Shown piece after piece: positions 28,769 through 37,762 of a DNA stretch of 64,000 nt. Numbering within the stretch: the first letter of the stretch is position 1; each line of letters opens with the position of its first letter. The notes beneath the pieces are model-generated. The model was given only the letters and a program-made list of their open reading frames with translations, was not told the origin of the DNA and made no database searches. This stretch comes from Promethearchaeati archaeon (GTDB taxonomy: Archaea; Asgardarchaeota; Heimdallarchaeia; Heimdallarchaeales; Heimdallarchaeaceae). The DNA lies in the NCBI GenBank assembly GCA_013166775.1, contig JABLTJ010000006.1:59983-123982 (forward strand), read 5' to 3'. The position numbers and the translations under genes were made by a program.

Positions 28769-29137
28769 ATGAAGCAAATTAAGCAAATTACTTTTGATAT
28801 AACACAGAGCAGAAGAATAAAGAATTTTGCTCAGAAAAAGAATATTGAAGAAAAAGAAATACTTGCTAATTATCAAATGATTATGCATCTAATTTTCCAA
28901 TCGTGGAAGAAAAACTACCAAGATAGTGATGAAATTAGTTTTCGAAATTATTTTCTACAAATAATGAAATATGCAGAGTTTGTTTTTCGACTTCATCAGA
29001 GACAAGACGATATGATAAGAATAGTCGATCATGTAGAAATATTAAGAGATGCTTTAGAGGAATATGAAAGAGATTATGCAGATATTATAGAAATAGAAAA
29101 TATCGTTAAGGAAATAAGTGGAGGGATTGATTTATGA
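28769..29137 (+). CDS. Hypothetical helical protein
   Basis: 122-aa ORF with normal composition. ATGA overlap with the next gene. Confidence 0.6.
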   Translation: MKQIKQITFDITQSRRIKNFAQKKNIEEKEILANYQMIMHLIFQSWKKNYQDSDEISFRNYFLQIMKYAEFVFRLHQRQDDMIRIVDHVEILRDALEEYERDYADIIEIENIVKEISGGIDL

Positions 29138-29583
29138 AAATCGGTACAACAATGTTTACAGTAAAATTTAAAGATAAGATTCCTTGCGAAAACGAGTTAA
29201 TCCTAGCAAGTGATTTGGCTTATTATCTCTATTATCTTCACGAAATTCCTGAAGAACTACCAAGATGGCAAATTGATGATTTGAATAAGAAACGACAAGA
29301 AGATGAAGAAGTATTTACAGAATTGAGTAAAAAGTACTCTAATTTGTTCAAAGAATATGCCTTAATCAGACTCAAAGCAAATGAGCTATATGAGAGAAAT
29401 AGAACTATAGCATTGACCATAGGACTAGTTAGACTGAAGTTAATCAATATGAAAGAATCAGGAGTTGAAGCTCCACTAGATTTCGATATTGCGATTGCTA
29501 AGATCGAACATTTCATCTACAGGTATCTTACAAAGCAGCAAGATAAGAGACTTGTAGAACAGATTGTTTTTGATGAAAAATAA
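29134..29583 (+). CDS. Hypothetical helical protein
   Basis: 149-aa ORF with a GGAGG SD upstream, coupled to the previous gene. Confidence 0.65.
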   Translation: MKIGTTMFTVKFKDKIPCENELILASDLAYYLYYLHEIPEELPRWQIDDLNKKRQEDEEVFTELSKKYSNLFKEYALIRLKANELYERNRTIALTIGLVRLKLINMKESGVEAPLDFDIAIAKIEHFIYRYLTKQQDKRLVEQIVFDEK

Positions 29584-29610
29584 TTAAGAAAATATTCTCC
29601 GAGTATTACT

Positions 29611-29650
29611 ACCTTTTATTGAAGGTTACAACCTTCTTAACAAGGTTAAA
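29611..29650. promoter_or_regulatory. Patterned site ACCTT-N6-AAGGTT-AC-AACCTT-N6-AAGGTT directly before the recombinase ATG (candidate res/att site or operator)
   Basis: Two 20-bp imperfect direct repeats, each itself an IR. The junction forms the perfect IR GAAGGTT-AC-AACCTTC (29621-29636). Confidence 0.55.
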
Positions 29651-30370
29651 ATGGTTCGCTGTGTTATTTATGTAAGAACGTCTACTGCAGACCAAGAATC
29701 TGGTTTGGAAACTCAGATTGATGATGTTTCAGCAAGAATTTATCAGGTTGGGGAAAGAGAGATTGTTAAAATTATCAAGGATGAAGATACTCCTGGTGAT
29801 AGTGATCCAGAATATAGAGAAGGATTCAAAGAAATTCTAGACATGGTAGAAAATGAAGAATTTGACGAATTATGGACTCAGTCTAGAGACAGATTATCAC
29901 GAGATGTAGATATTCTTGGTTACATCCGAATTATTCTGAAAAAGAGAGAGATTCCAATAGTTTGCTTAGATGATGAGGATAACAAAGCCTTTGCAAGAAT
30001 AAAAGATCTCTTTGGTGAGATGGAACTAGAAAAATACCGCGAGAAACGATATAAGGGTATGTTGAGACGAATAAAAGATCAAAAAGTGATGAGTCGACCC
30101 CCGTTCGGTTATGCTGTTGGTGAAAGTGGAGGATTAATGGTAGATGAATGTAAAAGAGGTTTAATTAGAAGGCTTTTTGGAGAGTTCGATAACCCATTTG
30201 CTTCGCTAAAAACATTAAGTATGAAATACAATATTCCTGTATCAACATTGAGAAATATACGCTCTAATCCTATCTATAGAACTGGAGAAGTTAGATGGGC
30301 TGGCAAAATCGCATATTATGTTGAACCAGTTGTTCCAGAAAATAAAGATCAAATGCTAGAAATGGAATGA
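29651..30370 (+). CDS. Serine recombinase (resolvase catalytic domain plus short recombinase DNA-binding domain)
   Basis: YVRTST with the catalytic Ser, Q-x-x-x-L-x-x-Q, SRDRLSR, then PPFGY and NPIY. Confidence 0.9.
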   Translation: MVRCVIYVRTSTADQESGLETQIDDVSARIYQVGEREIVKIIKDEDTPGDSDPEYREGFKEILDMVENEEFDELWTQSRDRLSRDVDILGYIRIILKKREIPIVCLDDEDNKAFARIKDLFGEMELEKYREKRYKGMLRRIKDQKVMSRPPFGYAVGESGGLMVDECKRGLIRRLFGEFDNPFASLKTLSMKYNIPVSTLRNIRSNPIYRTGEVRWAGKIAYYVEPVVPENKDQMLEME

Positions 30371-30475
30371 TTCTTCCTTCTTTTCTTGTTTTTCTTATAT
30401 ATGTAAGTTTTCACGAAATATTTTTATTGCTTAGCGTTTCTTTTTATAAGATTAGCAAAGTTCCAAGTGTTCAAA

Positions 30476-33400
30476 ATGAGAAAAAATAAAATTAAATTTA
30501 AAGGAAGAATGATTGTTTTTATATTGTTATTTAGTCTTTTTGTGTTTTTATCACCTTTACAAAATGATACAACAGTAATACAAGCTGCATCCAGCACTTT
30601 CAATGAAGATTTCACTTCTACTACTTACATGGATGTTTCAAATACTAATGTTAGTGGTTGGGGAACAGGAAATATAGAAAATTCAAAGAAAAAACCTACA
30701 CTTGTTGGTTCAATTAGTTCTTTTTTAATTGGCAATACCTTAGATGTTTTTGTTGACGGCAATTATGCCTATGTGACAAACCAAGGTGAGGGATTGAAAA
30801 TTGTAAATATTACAGATCCTACCAATCCAGCAATTATAGGTTCTTATGATACTCCAAACATCGCTCAAAGTGTATATGTTGCAGGTGATTGTGCATTCAT
30901 TGCCGATTATCAAGGAGAATTTCCTGATTATGAGAATTTTCTTCTTGTAAATGTCACTGATCCAACGAATCCGACTGATCTAGGGAATTGTTCAACAATA
31001 CTTGCACTAGGAGATGCTGCTCGTGATGTGATTGTTGCTGGAAATATAGCATTCATAGCTAATGATCAAGGTGGACTAAGTGTGGTTAATGTCACAGATA
31101 CCAGTAATCCTATACGAATAGGTGTAAGAGATACTCCTGGAACATCATCAAATTTAGTTGTTGCTGGTGATTATGTTTATCTAGCTGATGGAGAGAATGG
31201 ATTAGTAGTGATTAACATCGCTAATCCTCTGAATCCAACAATTGTTGCAACTTACAATGCAGACATTAGTTTTGTTGTGAATGTTGCTGTAGAAGGAAAT
31301 TATGCCTACGCTATTGATCTGAATAATGGCGTAATAGTGCTGGATATCACTGATATTACTACCCCTACATTTGTAGGATTGTGGAGTAAAAGTGGTGTTT
31401 CTGCTGCTTCAGTCTGTGGAGACTACCTTTATGTTACAGATATCAATGATGGACTTTCAGTGGTGAATATTGCTGATCCCACTACTCCAGTATTTATCAA
31501 TACTCTCTCTCTCCCAGGTAATCCTTCAGCAATAGGTATTGAAGGTGATTATGCTTATTTCACATGTCAATCTGGTGGATTTCAGATTACTCAAATTAAA
31601 GATTTCGGTATTTCACTTGCTGGTTCTTATTATCATCCAGCGGGTTGTTTTGATGTATCTGTTTCTGGAGATTATGCGTATGTAGCGGATAGTGGTAGTT
31701 TAAAAATAATAGATATTAGTGCTCCTTCTGCTCCCACCCTTGTTGGTTCCTATAGTACTTTCCCATTCTTTGCTTGGGCTGTTTTTGTTTCTGGTGCTTA
31801 TGCTTATGTAGGGGATGGAAGTGGTGGTATTGGTTTAATAATAATAGATATTAGTACTCCTTCTGCTCCCACTCTTGTCGGTTCGTATGATACTCCAGGG
31901 CTTGTATATGGTATTTTTGTTTCTGGAGACTATGCCTATGTAGCGGATGGTAGTAGTGGTTTGCTGGTTCTTGATATTAGTGCTCCTTCTGCTCCCACCC
32001 CTGTTGGTTCGTATGATACTCCAGGGTTTGCTTGGGATGTTTTTGTTTCTGGTGCTTATGCCTATGTAGGGGATGAAAGTGATTTAATAATAATAGATAT
32101 TAGTGCTCCTTCTACTCCCACCCTTGCTGGTTCGTATGACACACCAGGAAGAGCAGATGGTGTTTTTGTTTCTGAAGACTATGCCTATGTAGCGGATGTT
32201 AGTAGTGGTTTGCTGGTTCTTGATATTAGTGCTCCTTCTGCTCCCACTCTTGTTGGTTCGTATGATACTCCAGGGTCTGCTAGAAGTGTTTTTGTTTCTG
32301 GAGATTATGCGTGTGTAGCGGATGGTGGTAGTGGTTTAATAATAATAGATATTAGTGCTCCTTCTACTCCCACCCTTGCTGGTTCGTATGATACTCCAGA
32401 GCTTGCTAGAAATGTTTTTGTTTCTGGAGATTATTCGTATGTAGCGGATACTTATACTTTACAAATTATTGAATTAAAAAAGCATAGAGCTAGTCAATTT
32501 GTTTCTCCTTGTGTTGCTCAATCGACTATCGTTTTTACAGCTAATTCAGCAACTATTGTAAGTGCAACATTAGTAGAAAATAGTAATACTCCTGCTCCTA
32601 CTTCTATCTCTTATTCTCTTTCTGCAGATAATGGGATTAATTGGGAACTAGTTACTCCTGGAACAAAAAATGATTTTGTTAATACTGGTAACCAGCTCAA
32701 ATGGAAAGCTATTCTCACTACTTCTGATGTTTTAGTGACTCCTATGCTTTATAGTCTTTCAATTACCTATAACACTATCTTGATTGTTCCTGCTCTGAAC
32801 ACACCTACTGAAGGTTATCTTTCTGTAGATTATACGCCAACTTTCACGTGGTCAGGAATTAATGGGGAAACAGATTATCTCTTCCAACTTGCTACTTCAA
32901 CGAGTTTTACTTCACCATTATATAATACTACACTTCCTTCTTCAAGTTCAAGCTATACTATAAGTTCTCCCCTAGCTATAGATACCTATTATTGGCGAGT
33001 AGCAGGGATAGATACTGAAGGGGATTTGGGAAAATTCTCAGATTATAGAACTTTGTATATTATACAAGATACTAATTCCCCTATAATCGATCATCCCAGT
33101 GACATCTTCTATGAATTCGGTTCGACAGGTAACACTATTACTTGGTCTCCCACAGATTCTAATCCTTATTGGTACAATATTACTCTAAATGGTATCCTTA
33201 CTAGTCATGATGATCCTTGGGTAGGCGGGAATATAGTTATGGACATAGATGGCTTATCATTAGGAATTCATACTGCTATATGTTATGTGTATGATTTAGA
33301 AGGATTTATGATTAGTGACACTGTCGAAATTGAAGTGACATCTACAGCTCCTCCAACTATTGATGATGTTGCGAATTTTGAGTATGAAGAAGGAGATACG

Positions 33401-33988
33401 GGAAATTCAATTACTTGGCATCCTTCAGATACAAATCCTGATTACTATTCTATCACTAGAGATGGAGTGGTGATTGATGATTATCCTTGGTTAGGTGGAG
33501 ATATCAACATTGATATTGATGGCTTAGCTTATGGTGCCTACACATTTGTTTGTACAGTCAATGATACTGAAGGACAAGAAGCAAGTGATACTGTAATAGT
33601 TACAGTAACCGATTCTGTTGATCCCGTTCTCAACTCTCCTGCTGATATAATCTACTCAGAAGGAGATACAGGAAACAACATCATCTGGATAGCTACTGAT
33701 ACTAATCCTGCAACATATATCGTTTATAAAGATGGAACATTGTATGAACCTGATACTTGGACTTCAAGTTCCTCGATAATAATCTCTGTAGATGGTTTGG
33801 CTTCTGATCAATACAATTTCACAATTGTAGTTTTTGATCAAGCAGGCAATTCTGTGAAAGATACAGTAATTGTAGGAGTTACAGTAGCTGTACCAGAATT
33901 CAACCAAAGTATTCTATTCGTTATATCTAGCTTTGCTATGATATATACAGTATTCTGCGTTCAACAAAGAAATAAAAAGCGAAGATAA
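30476..33988 (+). CDS. LVIVD-repeat surface protein with Ig-like domains and a PEF-CTERM-type anchor
   Basis: Signal peptide, about 14 G-x-Y-A-Y-V-A-D...L-x-I-x-D-I-S-x-P repeats, three repeated Ig-like units, VPEF+TM+RNKKRR. ATG 30476 is preferred because it aligns with the paralogue's promoter. Confidence 0.9.
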   Translation: MRKNKIKFKGRMIVFILLFSLFVFLSPLQNDTTVIQAASSTFNEDFTSTTYMDVSNTNVSGWGTGNIENSKKKPTLVGSISSFLIGNTLDVFVDGNYAYVTNQGEGLKIVNITDPTNPAIIGSYDTPNIAQSVYVAGDCAFIADYQGEFPDYENFLLVNVTDPTNPTDLGNCSTILALGDAARDVIVAGNIAFIANDQGGLSVVNVTDTSNPIRIGVRDTPGTSSNLVVAGDYVYLADGENGLVVINIANPLNPTIVATYNADISFVVNVAVEGNYAYAIDLNNGVIVLDITDITTPTFVGLWSKSGVSAASVCGDYLYVTDINDGLSVVNIADPTTPVFINTLSLPGNPSAIGIEGDYAYFTCQSGGFQITQIKDFGISLAGSYYHPAGCFDVSVSGDYAYVADSGSLKIIDISAPSAPTLVGSYSTFPFFAWAVFVSGAYAYVGDGSGGIGLIIIDISTPSAPTLVGSYDTPGLVYGIFVSGDYAYVADGSSGLLVLDISAPSAPTPVGSYDTPGFAWDVFVSGAYAYVGDESDLIIIDISAPSTPTLAGSYDTPGRADGVFVSEDYAYVADVSSGLLVLDISAPSAPTLVGSYDTPGSARSVFVSGDYACVADGGSGLIIIDISAPSTPTLAGSYDTPELARNVFVSGDYSYVADTYTLQIIELKKHRASQFVSPCVAQSTIVFTANSATIVSATLVENSNTPAPTSISYSLSADNGINWELVTPGTKNDFVNTGNQLKWKAILTTSDVLVTPMLYSLSITYNTILIVPALNTPTEGYLSVDYTPTFTWSGINGETDYLFQLATSTSFTSPLYNTTLPSSSSSYTISSPLAIDTYYWRVAGIDTEGDLGKFSDYRTLYIIQDTNSPIIDHPSDIFYEFGSTGNTITWSPTDSNPYWYNITLNGILTSHDDPWVGGNIVMDIDGLSLGIHTAICYVYDLEGFMISDTVEIEVTSTAPPTIDDVANFEYEEGDTGNSITWHPSDTNPDYYSITRDGVVIDDYPWLGGDINIDIDGLAYGAYTFVCTVNDTEGQEASDTVIVTVTDSVDPVLNSPADIIYSEGDTGNNIIWIATDTNPATYIVYKDGTLYEPDTWTSSSSIIISVDGLASDQYNFTIVVFDQAGNSVKDTVIVGVTVAVPEFNQSILFVISSFAMIYTVFCVQQRNKKRR
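31615..32455 (+). repeat. Seven near-identical ~123-135-bp coding repeats (second LVIVD propeller)
   Basis: Recurrent DNA blocks gatattagtgctccttct[g/a]ctcccac, ggttcgtatgatactccag and tttttgtttctgg. Confidence 0.9.
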
Positions 33989-34030
33989 TTCTCTTTTTTA
34001 CTTTTTTTTCATTCTATTTTTTTCTTTTTG
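33989..34030 (+). terminator. Oligo-T terminator
   Basis: T-tracts immediately after the TAA. Confidence 0.5.
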
Positions 34031-34070
34031 TCATTTATTTTATGAATATCATTTTTTTACATTCTTTACT

Positions 34071-34168
34071 ATTTATAGAACAGAAGAATCTAGATAGGTT
34101 AAAAAATAGCTTATTTTACTGAACCTATAGTTCCTGAAGATAAAAATCAAATGCTTGAAACTGATTAA
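34071..34168 (+). pseudogene. Relic of the 3' end of the serine recombinase gene
   Basis: Aligns with 30272-30370. IYRTEESR*...IAYFTEPIVPEDKNQMLETD* versus IYRTGEVRWAGKIAYYVEPVVPENKDQMLEME*, with one stop and a 1-nt deletion. Confidence 0.85.
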
Positions 34169-34270
34169 TCTCTTTTATATTTACAAATTTTCTTGAACGT
34201 ATATTATTCTAGAAATCTTTTTATTCTCTAGATATTTCATTTATAGGATAAGTAAAACGTTCTGTTATAA

Positions 34271-37200
34271 ATGAAAAAAAATAATACTACACTAAAAAAT
34301 CATATTTTTGTTTTTTTGTTAGTTGCAAACCTATGCTTCTTTCTGATTCCTTTTCAAAACGATATATCACTTACTAAGGCTGCTACTGGTATTTATAGTG
34401 AAGATTTCACCACTACTGCTTTTATGGATGGTACGAATACGAACACAAGTGGATGGGGAACAGGATCAATAGAAAATTCAAAACAGAAACCTACTCTTGT
34501 TGGTTCAATTAGTTCTGCTCTGATAGGAAATGCGTTGAATGTTTTCGTAGAAGGAGATTACGCCCATATAGCTGCAGCTGAATCAGGTTACCAATTAGTT
34601 AATGTTACTGATCTCTCTGATCCATCTAAAATCAGTGCTTATGATACTGCAGGTCAAGCTATGAATTTGCATGTTGATGGAGAATATGTTTACATTGCTG
34701 ATGACACTAATGGTCTGGTGATTCTTAACATTACAGATCCTTTAAATCCTACATTTACAGGATCAGATTCTACATATGATTTAGCAAGGGATGTTGCTGT
34801 TTATGGAGAATATGCCTATGTTGCTGATAGTAATAGTGGATTAACTATTGTAGATATTAGTAATCCTGAGTTTCCTAGCACTCTAAATTCTTATGTTGTG
34901 GGAGGAACGGTATATAGTGTTACAATTGAAGGAAGAAATGCATACATTACCAATGGAATTGAACTTCAGATAATAGATATTAGCAATCCTACAAGTCTTT
35001 CTCTTATTGGATCTGTCTCTTGTAGCGATGCATATGATGTAGCCATAGATGGAAATACTGCTTTTATTTCAGCTCAAGAAAGAGGTGTTTTAATTGTTAA
35101 TATCACTGATCTTCAATCTCCCCATATAATTGGTAGCTATAGTGATACATACTCGATAGGTATTGATGTTGATGGAGATTATGTTTATACTACAGATTTT
35201 TATGGTTTTCTCAATGTCATAGATGTTTCTGATTTGAAAAATCCTAAACTTGGAACTTCTTGTACTATCCCTGTTTCTCAAGGTTTATTTGTAGTAAATG
35301 AAAATGCTTTTATTGCTTGCTATACAAACGGTTTTTATATTTTTAATATAAAAAATCAATTTGAACCTTCCTTCCTTAATTCATATGACACCCCTAGTAT
35401 ACCTTGGGGTGTATATGTTTCTGGTGATTATGCTTATGTAGCTGATTATGAAAGTGGAGTACAAATCCTAAATATTTCTGATCCTTCTTCACCTGTTTAT
35501 GTTGGTTCATACAACACTCCTTGGCGAGCTTATGACATTATTATAGATGGTGATTATGCATATATCACAGACGGACCAACCATTCAAATACTAAATGTGA
35601 GTAATCCTTCTTCTCCAACTTTTCTTGGATCCTATCTCTGTAATGATCAATCTGTAAATATAATTGTCTCTGGAGATTTTGCATATGTTGCTGAATATAG
35701 TGGTTTAGAAATTCTTGATATTAGTGATCCCACATCTCCTTCACAAATCAGCTTCCATAGTACTTCTGTCTATACTCTTGGAGTGGATGTTGCAGGAGAT
35801 TATGCTTATACTGCAATCTCTACTAATGGTATTCAAATACTTGATATTAGTAATCCAGTGATACCAAAAGTAGTTGGTACATATGACACTCCAGGTCAAG
35901 CATATGAAATCGAAGTTGAAGGCGATTTAGCTTATGTAGTTGATCAAGCAGACGGTCTTCTTATTTTCGATGTTAGCGATCATTCCTCACCTATATTAAT
36001 AGGAGCATGTGATACTCCTGGAAATGCTATCTCTCTTTTCGTTTCAGGTAATTATGTCTATGTTGGCGATTATCAAGGAGATTTTTTAATCATCGATACT
36101 AGCGATCCTACAAACCCAATTATAGTAGGAACATATGAAACTCCAAGTGATACAAACGATTGCTTTGTTCATGGAGACTACGCATTTGTAGCTTGTGTTA
36201 ATAATGGATTGCATATTATAGAGATAGGTAAGAATAAAGCACGTCAGTACGATTCATCATGCATCGCTCAATCAACATCAGTCTATTCTGATAGTTCTTT
36301 CACTCTAATTAGTACAAAATTAATATCAAATGCTCTCGTTCCTGCTGATACCTCAGTAAAATATTATCTTTCTTCTGATAATGGAGTAAACTGGGAGGAA
36401 GTAACAAATAACACCGAACACATATTTAGTAATATCGGTTATCAACTTAGATGGAAGACAGTTTTAAGCACAATTAATATTTCAGTGACTCCCGAAATTT
36501 ACAGTATTTTTATTTCTTATAAAACAACTCTGATCTCTCCATCATTAACTAGTCCACTAGATAGTGCAATTATTGATGAATATACTCCAAATTTTGGTTG
36601 GGATATAATATCGGGAGCAACAGATTATCTTTTCCAACTAGATACTTCAACAACTTTCATTACTCCTCTACTTAATATTACGATTCCATCTTCTAGCACA
36701 AGTTATACTACGAATTCTCCATTAGCTTTAGGTACCTATTATTGGCGTGTAGCTGGTATAGATTCAGAAGGAGATATCGGAGAATTTTCAAAATATAGGA
36801 CTTTAGACGTAATATTAGATGAAAACCCTCCAACTATAGATAATCCTAGTGATATTTCCTATGAGCAAGGAATGACTGGAAATACTATTACTTGGACACC
36901 TGTTGATTCCAATCCTTACTGGTATAATATAACTCTGAATGGTATTCTTACAAGTTACGATGATCCTTGGCTAGGGGGAGATATTATCATGGATATAGAT
37001 GGATTACCATTAGGAATTTATACTCTAGTCTGTTATGTATATGATTTAGAAGGATTAATGATAAGTGATACTGTAAATGTTGAAGTAATTTCTACAGCTC
37101 CACCAACTATTGATGATGTCGTTGATTTTGCCTATGAAGAAGGAGATACAGGAAATAGTATCACTTGGCATCCCTCAGATGCAAATCCTGACTGGTATAC

Positions 37201-37738
37201 TATCACAAAAGATGGAATTGTATTAAGAGACGATATTTGGCTTGGTGGAGATTTAAACATCAATATAGATGGACTAACTTATGGTGTTTATACCTACGTT
37301 TGTACCGTTAATGACACTGAAGGACAAGAAGCTAGTGATACAGTAATAGTGACAGTTACTGATTCAGTTGCTCCCGTTCTCAATTCTCCTGGTGATATAG
37401 TCTATAGTCAAGGAGATACAGGAAACAACATCATCTGGATAGCTACTGATACTAATCCTGCAACATATATCGTTTATAAAGATGGAACATTGTATGAACC
37501 TGATACTTGGACATCTGGATCCTCTATAGTTATCCCTGTTGATGGATTAGCTGCTGCATCATATAATTTTACAATCGTTGTCTTCGATGAAGCAGGAAAT
37601 TCAGTTAAAGATGAAGTTACTGTAGCTGTAACACCAGCAGTTCCTGAATTCACTCAAAGCATTTTCTTTACTATAAATAGTATAACAGCTATATGTATCA
37701 CATACTATATTAAACGAAAAACACAAAAGAAAAGTTAA
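34271..37738 (+). CDS. LVIVD-repeat surface protein, paralogue of 30476-33988, PEF-CTERM-type anchor
   Basis: Same architecture. Shares EDFTxTxxMD...GWGTG at the N-terminus and a highly similar Ig-like C-half. VPEF+TM+KRKTQKKS. Confidence 0.9.
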   Translation: MKKNNTTLKNHIFVFLLVANLCFFLIPFQNDISLTKAATGIYSEDFTTTAFMDGTNTNTSGWGTGSIENSKQKPTLVGSISSALIGNALNVFVEGDYAHIAAAESGYQLVNVTDLSDPSKISAYDTAGQAMNLHVDGEYVYIADDTNGLVILNITDPLNPTFTGSDSTYDLARDVAVYGEYAYVADSNSGLTIVDISNPEFPSTLNSYVVGGTVYSVTIEGRNAYITNGIELQIIDISNPTSLSLIGSVSCSDAYDVAIDGNTAFISAQERGVLIVNITDLQSPHIIGSYSDTYSIGIDVDGDYVYTTDFYGFLNVIDVSDLKNPKLGTSCTIPVSQGLFVVNENAFIACYTNGFYIFNIKNQFEPSFLNSYDTPSIPWGVYVSGDYAYVADYESGVQILNISDPSSPVYVGSYNTPWRAYDIIIDGDYAYITDGPTIQILNVSNPSSPTFLGSYLCNDQSVNIIVSGDFAYVAEYSGLEILDISDPTSPSQISFHSTSVYTLGVDVAGDYAYTAISTNGIQILDISNPVIPKVVGTYDTPGQAYEIEVEGDLAYVVDQADGLLIFDVSDHSSPILIGACDTPGNAISLFVSGNYVYVGDYQGDFLIIDTSDPTNPIIVGTYETPSDTNDCFVHGDYAFVACVNNGLHIIEIGKNKARQYDSSCIAQSTSVYSDSSFTLISTKLISNALVPADTSVKYYLSSDNGVNWEEVTNNTEHIFSNIGYQLRWKTVLSTINISVTPEIYSIFISYKTTLISPSLTSPLDSAIIDEYTPNFGWDIISGATDYLFQLDTSTTFITPLLNITIPSSSTSYTTNSPLALGTYYWRVAGIDSEGDIGEFSKYRTLDVILDENPPTIDNPSDISYEQGMTGNTITWTPVDSNPYWYNITLNGILTSYDDPWLGGDIIMDIDGLPLGIYTLVCYVYDLEGLMISDTVNVEVISTAPPTIDDVVDFAYEEGDTGNSITWHPSDANPDWYTITKDGIVLRDDIWLGGDLNINIDGLTYGVYTYVCTVNDTEGQEASDTVIVTVTDSVAPVLNSPGDIVYSQGDTGNNIIWIATDTNPATYIVYKDGTLYEPDTWTSGSSIVIPVDGLAAASYNFTIVVFDEAGNSVKDEVTVAVTPAVPEFTQSIFFTINSITAICITYYIKRKTQKKS

Positions 37739-37762
37739 TTCTTCTTCTTTCATTCTTTTTTC

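Noticed and set aside
29651-30370. IS607-family transposon or prophage integrase
   Set aside because: There is no N-terminal MerR-like HTH and no tnpB. The protein is too short for the zinc-ribbon/coiled-coil of large serine integrases, and no viral genes are nearby.
31615-32455. CRISPR array or diversity-generating retroelement target
   Set aside because: The repeats are in-frame coding units of about 126 bp with no spacer structure. No cas genes, reverse transcriptase or adenine-specific template/variable pair was seen.
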